A stretch of DNA of 64,000 nucleotides, taken from contig SHMW01000010.1 in assembly GCA_008080735.1 (NCBI GenBank), forward strand, positions 24,976 through 88,975, read 5' to 3'. The stretch is from Promethearchaeota archaeon. Its GTDB lineage: Archaea > Asgardarchaeota > Lokiarchaeia > Sigyniarchaeales > SOKP01. Of the stretch, positions 1 to 9,377 are shown in pieces. Numbering within the stretch: the stretch's first letter is position 1; every line of letters begins with the position of its first letter. The notes under the pieces are model-generated. The model saw only the letters and a program-made list of their open reading frames with translations. It was not told the origin of the DNA and did no database searches. The position numbers were made by a program, and so were the translations under genes.

Positions 1-492
1 CATAATGCGAGTAATCTTCATTATGATTTTAGAATAGAGTTAAATGGAGTTTTAAAGTCTTGGGCAGTACCAAAGGGACCATCACTCAACCCTAGTCAAA
101 GGAGATTAGCAGTGGAAACAGAAGACCATCCCATAGATTATGCCGAGTTTGAAGGAGTGATACCGGAAGATGAATATGGTGGAGGGTATGTAATAGTGTG
201 GGATTTAGGCACTTTTAAAAATATCACAAAAAAAGATGATAAGGAAATCTCACTAAACCAAGCATACGATGATGGCCACATTACTATTCTATTGAACGGA
301 ACGCGTCTTAAAGGCGAATTCGCACTAATCAAAACAAAACGTGAGGATCAGTGGCTTTTAATCAAAAAAGGTGATTCTGAAGCGAATCGAGACATAAATA
401 TTATAGAAGAATATCAAGATTCGGTTCTTTCTAATAAAACTATAGATGACCTTAAAAAGGCAAAAAAAGGAAATCTTGACAAATTTTTGTAA
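1..492 (+). CDS. LigD-type 3'-phosphoesterase (PE) domain protein, 5'-truncated by the window edge
   Basis: Frame is open from base 1: HNASNLHYDFRIELNGVLKSWAVPKGPSLNPSQRRLAVETEDHPIDYAEFEG...YGGGYVIVWDLG, the LigD PE-domain motifs. No ligase or polymerase domain follows before the stop. Confidence 0.88.
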   Translation, partial: HNASNLHYDFRIELNGVLKSWAVPKGPSLNPSQRRLAVETEDHPIDYAEFEGVIPEDEYGGGYVIVWDLGTFKNITKKDDKEISLNQAYDDGHITILLNGTRLKGEFALIKTKREDQWLLIKKGDSEANRDINIIEEYQDSVLSNKTIDDLKKAKKGNLDKFL

Positions 493-510
493 GACACAAT
501 TAGGATTAGA

Positions 511-2484
511 TTATGTATTTTTATTTATATGGATTTCACAATCTTCACTATCGCAAAAAATTTGTCCTCGAGCTTGTTCTTTGACATTTTCCAAATATAA
601 AGGCTTAAGATACTTTGATAGTCTCTGGTATTCTTCTTCCGAAATCTCCTCAAAAGGAGCTTGTTCATAGCCGTGTTCTTTTAAAGGGAGAAAAGAAATC
701 GCTTTAAGTTCATCTTCAAAACTCTGTAGTAAATATTTTATGTCATTTTTCTCTTCATCTTTAAAACTAACCGTTACAGATACTTGATTATCTGACCAAT
801 ATTTTTGATATAATGCGGCATTTTCTGCTTGTTCCCAAATAGATACATCTGCCTTCCCACGAGTGAAATATTCTTTTTTCACAGGGAATTCAATGATCAT
901 AGTGTTTTCAGAGTATTTGTCTTTTATTACCTTGTAGCCAGCTTCTTTTGCTATCTTAACTAATTCAGAACCCTCTTGTACCCTTATTCTGCGTATATAA
1001 TATTTCGAATGAGGGAAATGGATGCCATGAGACACACCGGGCAATAAACTTACTGTACCGCTTGGTTTTACCGTAGTAATTTTAATAGACTCTGGAACAC
1101 ATAACCAGTCTGAATAATTCTTATCAAGTTTTTTTAGATATTTATATCCTTTTTTACACCATTAATTCATTTTATTTTTTCCGTGTCTTGAAAAAGCTTC
1201 TGTTATGCCTGTCTGAGAGATACCCATCCTACGATTTTTCAGCATTACTGCGTTAGTAACTTTTACTTTAGTGTTTACAAGAGTCACGGTTTTAGCATAA
1301 ATATACGCATATTTTAGAGTCTCTTTAAATTCTTCCCAATTTTGATGCCGTGAAGGATAGGTTTCTGCCAAACAACAGAGTTCAAAAGATTCTAGTGTTT
1401 GTTCTCCACATGGATTCATACCCATTGCGTTTTTATCTTTATAATCTGGAGGATCTATCATTCGCGAATATTTTTGGGCATTTTCTAACCAAAATAGACC
1501 GGGTTCTCCATTTTTCGCGATTTGCTCAGAAATAAAAGAATAATCCATACCTTTCTCCGCTATAATACTGTTATTACTTACCCATCGGTGAGATTTGAGT
1601 TTTTTCTGATTCTGCTTAGCCTTTATAAAACTCTTATCATCTGGATTACCTAATCCAATTTCCGCACTCCTTCTTACCCCGCCCGCGACGACACACTTTC
1701 CAATTAAATTCATTATATCAAGAATATCCAAGGAATTTATAGGTTCTCCAATTCTTCCGTTTAGAATAATGTCAATAGTATTCAGCATATTCTCTAATGG
1801 TTCTGGACCCGATGCGGTTCCCCCAAAACTTTTGAGTGGTTCTCCTTTAGGACGGATCTTTGAATAATTAAAATCTGGTTGTTTTTCTCCTAAAAAATAT
1901 GCATCTAACAACTTTTTAAGTGCTTTAACCCATCCTTCTCTATTGTCGGGAATAGTGAATCTAAATTTCTCGTTTTTAGGTTGTTTGATAAATAATTTAC
2001 CCGCCCCTCTGGTGTCAAAACCCACCCCTACACCCACCATTAGCGAGTGCATGAGAAATTCAAAAGCTTGGGTATATTTAACGTCAATATCGTTAGTAGA
2101 GACAAATCCACAATTATTTAATGCCATAGAACCATGTTCTGCTATGAATTCCGTGCCCATAATCCAAAATCCTCTCCCTGGTGGTGTAAATTTGAAACAC
2201 CATATTTTTTCATACATTCTTTGGGCGGATTTCCTTGCTTTTTGCTCATTCCACGGTAATCTTAAATCTTGACAATGTTCTTTCTGAATTGAGAAGCAAC
2301 CTTCGACAACTCTCTTCACCGTTTCCCAATATTCTTCCTTTCGCGCCCTTCCATGGATATATCTCGCATAAGTTCGTTTATAGATAAAATATCCCAAAGG
2401 ACCCCAATCGGGTTGCTTTCCTTTATAATCCTTAAGGAAGTTTTTGTTTAGCTTAAAACAATTTATATCTAAATTATCAATCAT
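511..2484 (-). CDS. nrdJ: Class II (adenosylcobalamin-dependent) ribonucleotide reductase, interrupted by one in-frame TAA at 1162-1164
   Basis: ORFs 1162-2505 and 511-1044 are in the same frame. Reading across the TAA gives ...KNKMN*WCKKGYKYLKKLDKNYSDWLCVPESIKITTVKPSGTVSLL... Motifs: PPGRGFW, NNCGF, NPCGEQTLESFELCCLAE, C-terminal CDSEDC. Confidence 0.85.
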
Positions 2485-2716
2485 TTGGATCCTTCCTAAA
2501 TTCACCGATTACTTCTTAAAATGATAGATAAAAATTCTCTCTGATTAACTTAAAGCTTATGATTATATTGTATTGATTTTAATGACATTTTTTAATCTGC
2601 CTCCTTTATGCTTAAATCTGGCTATTGGCTGGTTCATATAATAATTAAGGGATTTCGTCTTTATTCTAATAAATTTAATGATAAATTTTTAAAATTCTTT
2701 AATCATTTTGGAAAGT

Positions 2717-4165
2717 ATGAACGTGAAGAAAATTGATGACAACATCTACGAAATACCAGCTCATAAAATTGGGAACTTCGAGATGAAAGTACCAGTTAAA
2801 ATTTACGCTAATAATTATATACTTGACAAAATCAAACAAGATAGGACGCTAGACCAAATTAGTAATGTTGCTACCTTGAAGGGAATCAGAAAGCACGCAA
2901 TTGCTCTTTCCGATGCACATCAAGGATACGGATTTTGTATCGGAGGCGTTGCGGGAACTGACGCAGAGTCCGGTATGGTAAGTCCTGGAGGAGTCGGATA
3001 TGATATCAATTGTGGGGTTAGGCTCTTAAGAACCAATTTGTATGAAAATGATGTAAGAGACGTCATTGAAGATTTATTAGAGAGAATATATAGAAATATC
3101 CCAAGCGGTCTCGGTTCGGAAGGAAAAATTAATATTTCTTATTCAGATCTAGACAATTTAGCTGATAATGGTCTTAAATGGGCATTAGAAAATGGTTATG
3201 CAACAAAAAAAGATTTAGAACATGTTGAGGAGAATGGATGTTTAGAGGGTGCAAATTCAGATTTAGTGTCAAAAAAGGCAAAACAAAGAGGTATTGACCA
3301 AGTAGGTTCACTCGGGAGTGGAAACCATTTCCTAGAAATCCAGAGGGTTGACAAAATTTTTAATAGGGAAATCGCAAAAAAGGTTGGCATATTAGAGGAA
3401 GGACAAGTCACGGTGATGGTACATACGGGAAGTAGAGCATTTGGACACCAAGTGTGTACGGATTCATTGAGAATGGTTGAAAAAGCTATGAAAAAGTATG
3501 GAATTGAAGTTCCAGACAGAGAATTGGCTTGCGTTCCCGCAAATACTAATGAGGCGCAAAATTACCTAAGCCAAATGGCTTGCGCGGCTAATTTTGGTTT
3601 CTGCAATCGACAACTGATTACTCATTGGCTAAGAGAATCATTCGAGCAATTTTTCAAAAAAGATATGAATGAATTAGATTTAAATCTTATCTATGGAGTG
3701 TGTCATAATATTTTAAAGATTGAAGAGCACAAAGTAAATGGCTCTAAAATGAAACTTAACATCCACCGAAAAGGTGCAACAAGGGCTTTTCCTGCGGGAC
3801 ACCCTGAAATTCCACAAGACTACAGAGATATCGGACAACCCGCATTAATACCAGGAACTATGGGTTCAGCCTCATATTTGTGTGTAGGTAAGGAAAAAGG
3901 AATGGATTTATCATTTGGTTCAACTGCTCACGGTGCTGGAAGGGTAATGTCGCGGAGGAGTGCAGATAAAAAATGGCCTGCTCGTAATGTGTTAAATGAC
4001 TTGTCTAGTCGTGGTATTCATATAAAGGCTGCCAATATGAGAGTTGTCGCGGAAGAAGCTCCTGGGGCTTATAAAGATGTAGATCAAGTTGTCCAAGTGA
4101 GTCATGATTTAGGGATAGTAGAAAAAATCGCTCGTTTCAAACCTATTGGGGTTGTTAAAGGATAA
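2717..4165 (+). CDS. rtcB: RNA ligase RtcB
   Basis: DAHQGYGF, GVGYDINCG, SLGSGNHFLE, HTGSR, HRKGATR, STAHGAGR and EEAPGAYKD motifs. Confidence 0.96.
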   Translation: MNVKKIDDNIYEIPAHKIGNFEMKVPVKIYANNYILDKIKQDRTLDQISNVATLKGIRKHAIALSDAHQGYGFCIGGVAGTDAESGMVSPGGVGYDINCGVRLLRTNLYENDVRDVIEDLLERIYRNIPSGLGSEGKINISYSDLDNLADNGLKWALENGYATKKDLEHVEENGCLEGANSDLVSKKAKQRGIDQVGSLGSGNHFLEIQRVDKIFNREIAKKVGILEEGQVTVMVHTGSRAFGHQVCTDSLRMVEKAMKKYGIEVPDRELACVPANTNEAQNYLSQMACAANFGFCNRQLITHWLRESFEQFFKKDMNELDLNLIYGVCHNILKIEEHKVNGSKMKLNIHRKGATRAFPAGHPEIPQDYRDIGQPALIPGTMGSASYLCVGKEKGMDLSFGSTAHGAGRVMSRRSADKKWPARNVLNDLSSRGIHIKAANMRVVAEEAPGAYKDVDQVVQVSHDLGIVEKIARFKPIGVVKG

Positions 4166-4170
4166 TTATT

Positions 4171-4605
4171 CTATAATTCTAACGAATTAAGCATTTCTTT
4201 TCTTTTTATATCTTTTTCTAATACATTTTTAATGGTTTTTCTAAAATTCGCATTTAAGTGAATAGGATTTTGCTTTACATAAATCTGTTTCATATATTTT
4301 TTTATAAATTGAAACTTGATTTCTAAAAGGATTTCGGTTGTCTCATTTGATTTTGTTTTACTAGTACATTTAGCGACGATAAAGTTTTCAGTAAAATCAT
4401 CCTTTATAAAATAGAAGCAATTTTTCCTGACTTTTAAGCTATTTATCCCATTCTCCCCCGTTTTGAGTTCAAAATTTTTTAGAGCAGAAAACAGATTAGC
4501 TAACATAGAATAATTTAGTTCCCTATTCTTTTCTTTGGAGAGATTATAGGAAAAAATCGAAGTCCCTCTTTTATTGATTATATATATACCCTCTATACCT
4601 TTCAT
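4171..4605 (-). CDS. Longin-like domain protein
   Basis: IEGIYIINKRGTSIFSY...MLANLFSALKNF...INSLKV pattern, shared with the longin-like domains at 32889 and 58469. Confidence 0.6.
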   Translation of the reverse strand: MKGIEGIYIINKRGTSIFSYNLSKEKNRELNYSMLANLFSALKNFELKTGENGINSLKVRKNCFYFIKDDFTENFIVAKCTSKTKSNETTEILLEIKFQFIKKYMKQIYVKQNPIHLNANFRKTIKNVLEKDIKRKEMLNSLEL

Positions 4606-4702
4606 TACCAACTCTCTTAATTAGTAGTCCTATTTGTATTTATATATTTCCCCAAATTAATCTAATGCAAATCGATCATTTAAATCTTGCATTTATACTT
4701 TT

Positions 4703-5842
4703 TTACTCACTCTTAAAATATTTTTTGTAGATTAGGTAAAAAAGCAGACCGATAATAAATCCTATGGTGATATTGAGAAAAAAACATCCTAAAGCTGAGA
4801 TGATAATTAGGGGAATGGTTTTCCAATCCTCAATCTTTTTTAGGGCTACTTTTCCTAATGTAAATGAGGTAAAAATTAGCATCGCGCCTAAAATTCCTTC
4901 AGGAAAATAAATAAATATGGTAAATAATAAATCTGAGAAAAAGAGTCCCAACACTAATTCAATAGTGCCTTCGAAAATCATTGAGCCCCCCGTTCTCGCA
5001 CCGAAAGCATATTGTGCTGCCAATCCCCCAGATCCATGACATAATGGCATTCCTCCGAAGAATGGACTTACAAGATTAATCACTCCCATATTGGAGGCCA
5101 AGTTATTAGAATTAATATCACTTTTCACTTCTGGAAATAATTCTTTTATTAATGCAATCGTAGCGATCATAACATTGGTTAGCGTGAGTATTAATTGACC
5201 GATTCCGGCTACTAAAAACCCAATAATAATGTTTTCTATCGTTGGTAAATGAAATGGGATGTGAGGGATATTAAAGGCTAAGACATCTATGGTTAGTATC
5301 CCCGAGAAAATCATAATGCATACCCCTAGAATCACTAAAAATATTGCTGTAGGGACTTTCTCCCAGCGAATGAATAGAATAATGATGATAAGAGCGATTG
5401 TTCCTATGATATAATCATTTATAAATAAGAGTAGAGCAGACCAGCCTAAAATAAAAGATAATCCAAGTTGAATTCCCCGTACAGATAATTTTGGGACTTT
5501 TTTAGTAATTTTATCAAGAATCTTGGTAGCTCCAAGAATGAACCAGACAATTCCCGTGGAAAATCCTGTAGAAATAACTTTGTTTGGAGTCCATTTTTGA
5601 GAAAGTGCGATTGTACCAATCGTTTTTTGTGGTTGGACGGGTAATGGGAGATTATAACGTATCCCTAATACTATATTGGTTAACCCTAAACATAAGAAAA
5701 TGCCAGCGGGGTTTAACTTAACTAACGAAACATACCCGATTAAGAACGGGACTAAAGTTCCCCAATCTCCAAATGCCCCACTTAGCTCGTTTAATGAAAA
5801 TTTTCTCGCTGCTTTTTCTTTGAAATTTTCGATTTCAGAAAT
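4703..5842 (-). CDS. Molybdate/sulfate transporter, MOT1 family
   Basis: ELSGAFGDWGT, PLPVQPQK and GGMPLCHGSGGLAAQYAFGARTG motifs with multiple TM helices. Start is uncertain: ATT 5842 after a GAGGTGA RBS, GTG 5851 or TTG 5863. Confidence 0.85.
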   Translation of the reverse strand: MSEIENFKEKAARKFSLNELSGAFGDWGTLVPFLIGYVSLVKLNPAGIFLCLGLTNIVLGIRYNLPLPVQPQKTIGTIALSQKWTPNKVISTGFSTGIVWFILGATKILDKITKKVPKLSVRGIQLGLSFILGWSALLLFINDYIIGTIALIIIILFIRWEKVPTAIFLVILGVCIMIFSGILTIDVLAFNIPHIPFHLPTIENIIIGFLVAGIGQLILTLTNVMIATIALIKELFPEVKSDINSNNLASNMGVINLVSPFFGGMPLCHGSGGLAAQYAFGARTGGSMIFEGTIELVLGLFFSDLLFTIFIYFPEGILGAMLIFTSFTLGKVALKKIEDWKTIPLIIISALGCFFLNITIGFIIGLLFYLIYKKYFKSE

Positions 5843-5909
5843 ATATCTCACCTCGATTATCAAAGAATCGTACTTATAATATAAAGAGCTTTAGATTATT
5901 TTTTATTTA

Positions 5910-7034
5910 TTACTTATCTATATGTTTATCCCAAATGAGTTCAAATAGAGCGCCTTTATCGTTTTTGCTATAGATAATTTTACCTCCATATCTATCCATT
6001 ATTTTTTCAATGATGGTAAGACCTTTTAATTTTCTATTCTGTGTGGGGTTTTGGAAATGTGATTTAACAATCTCTTCTGGTAGGCCAGGACCGAAATCTT
6101 GTATTTTAATCGTTGCAGAATTATCATCTTCACATAGGGAAATATCTATCTTTTTGGTATTTGTGTGCTTAAACGCATTCCTAATTAATTCTTTGAGAAG
6201 CAAGTCCAAATAATCATCAGCTAAGACATTACAGGTGCCTTCAATTTCAATTGGTTGAGAGTATTCTTTTTTTATCTGTTCAATGATGTTTCTTGGATTA
6301 ATCTCTCTCAAAGAACTTTCCCTTGTGAAAAGTTCTTTTAATTCTTCAATATGTTCAATAGAATCTAAAATACTTTGAATATGTGGCATTAGAGTTTCTA
6401 TTATTTCATTAGATAATTCTGAATCTTCTTGTTTCATTTGTAAAAAACCGTAAATAAACGTGAGGTTGTTGGCAATTTCATGTCGAACGGTACTAGTTAA
6501 TAATTTAAGGTTGTCTCGTTGTTCTTTGATTTTTTCCTGAGCTCTTCTTAGTGTCTCATTGTTAAATATGAGTTCAAGGTGAGCATCCACAGCTACTTTC
6601 ATCTCTTTCATTAGATTTTTCTTTTTCTCTGAGAAATTGCGCTCTTTCTTGTCGAGCACACAGATTGTTCCGAAAACGTCGCCCGTCGGCCATTCCAGAG
6701 GAAATCCTAAGTAGGAGATTAATTTATTTTCTTCCAATCCCGGTTTGTTTTTATGAATGGGATCCTTATAGGCATTAGGTACTTCATGCATTTTTTTTCT
6801 CTTTATAGTAATTTCACAGTATTTATCAAAAATTGTCTCTTTATAATTCTTAGGTATTGGATTTCCCTCGTTCTCGCTTGTTATAATTGCCTCAAGATAT
6901 GGATCTTCATATTTCATGATGATTGCCGCGGGGACACCCATTAATTGGGCTAAAGCATTGACTAATCTTTGCCATTTATCCATTATTGATTGCGGCAAAT
7001 CTAGGTCACTAACTAACATTTGAGTTTTCCCCAT
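5910..7034 (-). CDS. GAF-domain sensor histidine kinase
   Basis: GAF (SYLGFPL...FGTICVLD), H-box RHEIANNL, N-box ELIRNAFKH, G1 box IQDFGPG. Confidence 0.88.
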   Translation of the reverse strand: MGKTQMLVSDLDLPQSIMDKWQRLVNALAQLMGVPAAIIMKYEDPYLEAIITSENEGNPIPKNYKETIFDKYCEITIKRKKMHEVPNAYKDPIHKNKPGLEENKLISYLGFPLEWPTGDVFGTICVLDKKERNFSEKKKNLMKEMKVAVDAHLELIFNNETLRRAQEKIKEQRDNLKLLTSTVRHEIANNLTFIYGFLQMKQEDSELSNEIIETLMPHIQSILDSIEHIEELKELFTRESSLREINPRNIIEQIKKEYSQPIEIEGTCNVLADDYLDLLLKELIRNAFKHTNTKKIDISLCEDDNSATIKIQDFGPGLPEEIVKSHFQNPTQNRKLKGLTIIEKIMDRYGGKIIYSKNDKGALFELIWDKHIDK

Positions 7035-7256
7035 ACTAGATTAATTAAACTAATTATTTTTAAATTCTGTTCTTAATAGATTTAATAGTCTATATTAATA
7101 TATTGAGATATATTCTATATTCAGAAAAATAAAAGAAAATAATAGTACGAATCTATTTTTAGGTTCCAGAATTTAGGTTAAAATCCCTTAAGGGATGAGT
7201 TTTCTCGCATTTTCGATGATAAAATTAAGGTAAAATATTTCCAGTAATTTCTTACT

Positions 7257-7415
7257 TCATAAACTCTCATATAATTCTGATGGTTTCCCACCGCACCCAA
7301 AGGTAAAAGACAAAAATTTTCTCTTTTTTTCACACTGGGGGCAGTAATAATTTCCCGATTCCTCTTTATCATCAAATGTAAATCCACATTCTTCGCAGAT
7401 CACATAGCTTTTCAT
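7257..7415 (-). CDS. 52-aa zinc-ribbon microprotein, Cys paralog of the selenoprotein at 10074-10193 (not in ORF track)
   Basis: Hand translation: MKSYVICEECGFTFDDKEESGNYYCPQCEKKRKFLSFTFGCGGKPSELYESL; CxxC...CxxC plus a fifth Cys. Confidence 0.8.
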   Translation of the reverse strand: MKSYVICEECGFTFDDKEESGNYYCPQCEKKRKFLSFTFGCGGKPSELYESL

Positions 7416-7572
7416 ATCCAATTTATGCTAAATAGATTATTAAAAACCAGAGGTTATAATCCCTTAATAATTGGAATGACCTTGAGATAATAGATAATAA
7501 AAAATTCATATTATACTATTTTCTAAAAATTGAGAAATAAAAAGTGTTAGGACAAAATCCGTGAGAATTGAG

Positions 7573-7704
7573 TTAGGATTCTGATTCTTTTTCAGACTCC
7601 ATCTTAAAGAATTCGGTGTATTTCCCACAATTAGCGCAGTAATACTTTCCTGGTTCATCTTCATCATCGATCGCGGTTCCGCATGATCTACAAATAACAG
7701 TCAT
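7573..7704 (-). CDS. 43-aa zinc-ribbon microprotein (not in ORF track)
   Basis: Hand translation: MTVICRSCGTAIDDEDEPGKYYCANCGKYTEFFKMESEKESES; aligns with 7257-7415 (VICxxCG...DD.E..G.YYC..C). Confidence 0.8.
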   Translation of the reverse strand: MTVICRSCGTAIDDEDEPGKYYCANCGKYTEFFKMESEKESES

Positions 7705-7768
7705 AAATTAATTTAGGATAATGGGATATATTAATGTTTACTCCATTTCAAACTGTTCCTTTTATCAT

Positions 7769-8401
7769 TTAAATGATACAAATTGGATCAGTCAAAAATC
7801 CGTCTCCCATTGGGATACTGTCAAAGATAGCTCTTGCGTAATTGGAAGAGTATCTATATGCGCAAAAGTCCCCTATGAAAGTTCCGCGTAAACCATAATG
7901 AAGATGAGAGCCATCATTTGCATATAGCAAATCTGCAATTGGGTCACCTATATTCACACGTTGAAGTATAGATACTTTAATGGCGTTTCGTTGTAAAGTG
8001 TTATTATAGGTATCATCGCCGTTAAAATTAGGTTCTATACATAATTCGACTGCCCATCCCCAATTTATAAGAATACTTACACTGAATAATATATTAGAAT
8101 TTTCTGAATGAGGATTTTTATGTTCTGTTATACCCATAACGGTGCCTTTCACGGGTGAGATTATAGTCACTGTATCATTAATAACGAGATCAATTCCATT
8201 ATGGTGTGTTCCAGGACCGCTCCAATCTGGTACTCCATAAGGACGAATATGGTCAATTTTCCCAGATTCTTCAATTGGAAATTCTAATGATGGATCGAAC
8301 GGTATTGGGGAAACGCCTATAAGTAGGATCGCAGTAACGAATAATGAAAGGAGAAGAATGGGAATAAAGACCAATAACTTTTTCTTTTTGGTCCAATTCA
8401 T
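7769..8401 (-). CDS. Membrane-anchored M23 family peptidase-like protein
   Basis: N-terminal TM anchor, HxxxD (HNGID), SPVKGTV, RVNIGDPIA and HxH (HLH) motifs. Confidence 0.7.
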   Translation of the reverse strand: MNWTKKKKLLVFIPILLLSLFVTAILLIGVSPIPFDPSLEFPIEESGKIDHIRPYGVPDWSGPGTHHNGIDLVINDTVTIISPVKGTVMGITEHKNPHSENSNILFSVSILINWGWAVELCIEPNFNGDDTYNNTLQRNAIKVSILQRVNIGDPIADLLYANDGSHLHYGLRGTFIGDFCAYRYSSNYARAIFDSIPMGDGFLTDPICII

Positions 8402-8526
8402 TTTTTCATGATTATAAAACTATAAAATATTATTTAAGTAAAAAATGTATGATTTTGATAATAAATTTTTTCTCAACATTAATCATCGAACTATTAAGAG
8501 AGGATATGAAATAAAAAATGAAAGGG

Positions 8527-8596
8527 TTCCCATAACCCGCGCGAGGCAGTCATCAAATGTCTCATTTTTTTACATTTGACTCATCCAAAATGGGAA
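8527..8596 (-). promoter_or_regulatory. SECIS element 1 (3'-UTR of the UxxU Prx-like gene)
   Basis: Minus strand: TTCCCAT...gg ATGAG TCAAATGT AAAAAAATGAG ACATTTGA TGAC ...ATGGGAA. UGAN/NGAN core, 8-bp helix, A-rich loop and lower helix, starting 3 nt after the TAA. Confidence 0.88.
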
Positions 8597-8599
8597 ATT

Positions 8600-9091
8600 T
8601 TAACAATATTGTTTAATTGCGTTGAGAATAGTCTCGATATCTGGTCTGTCCGTCTTAGTTTCAGCAATATATTTCCACATAATTTTTCCCGAGTTGTTAA
8701 TTAAAAATTTAGACGGTATAGCTTGCTTAGATTTAATATTTGTTTCTGCTATATTTTCATATATCTCAATATCGAATTTTTCTGCAATTTCTGCGTTCTT
8801 ATCTGAGATTTGTGAAAAATGTAGGTTGTTCTGCTCTTGATATTCCCGCATATGGTTTTCACTGTCCGATGATATTGAAATAAGTTTAACATTGTATTTT
8901 CGGATTTTTTCTAGGTTCTTATTTAAGAGAATAGAATGCTGTTTTCAATGACCTCACCAAGTCCCTCGGAAGAAATCGATAAGTAATCAACTATAATTAT
9001 CTATTATCTCTGATAAATCAATTATATTTCCGAGAATGTCTGTAATCTTAAAGTATGGTGCGTTTTTTCCAACCATAAGTCCTTCATTCAT
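8600..9091 (-). CDS. Peroxiredoxin-like (AhpC/TSA) selenoprotein with a UxxU motif and a third in-frame TGA
   Basis: ATG 9091 is in frame with ORF 8600-8851: MNEGLMVGKNAPYF...NYS*LLIDFFRGTW*GH*KQH...LISISSDS...AIPSKFLIN...DRP. TGAs at 8987-8989, 8954-8956 and 8945-8947; SECIS downstream. Confidence 0.85.
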
Positions 9092-9307
9092 AATTTAGGC
9101 ACTGTGATTATATTATTGAAGTATAGGTGTTTAAACAATCATCTTAAATGTATTATAAATAATAAATTATGACCAATATCTAAAAACAAATTTATAATGT
9201 TTTTTTATTGTATTTTGAATTGTACATTTTTTTCAGCTTTTCTCCCCAAAAGTATGATCATGCCGAATTTTTAAAAGCTTAAAAAAATAAGAGAAAAGAG
9301 TCTAAAT

Positions 9308-9376
9308 ACCAGAACCTGGACAAAAGGTCGTCAACAAATGCCTCATTTTTTCTGCATCTGTATCATTCTCTCTGGT
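9308..9376 (-). promoter_or_regulatory. SECIS element 2 (3'-UTR of the UxxC Prx-like gene)
   Basis: Minus strand: ACCAGA..ga ATGAT ACAGATGC AGAAAAAATGAG GCATTTGT TGAC ...TCTGGT. Same geometry as SECIS 1 and the same AAAAAATGAG loop sequence. Confidence 0.88.
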
Positions 9377-9377
9377 T

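Noticed and set aside
1045-1164. Intein, intron or programmed frameshift in nrdJ
   Set aside because: Both halves are in the same frame with no inserted sequence; the ATG overlapping the stop (TAATG) opens only two codons
7257-7259. TGA stop of the 52-aa zinc-ribbon ORF as a possible Sec
   Set aside because: No SECIS-like hairpin downstream and the position does not align with a Cys; the nearby 14-bp palindrome at 7183-7196 lacks the AUGA/GA core
7178-7387. Track ORF of 69 aa (minus strand)
   Set aside because: It overlaps, out of frame, the zinc-ribbon ORF 7257-7415, which has paralog support
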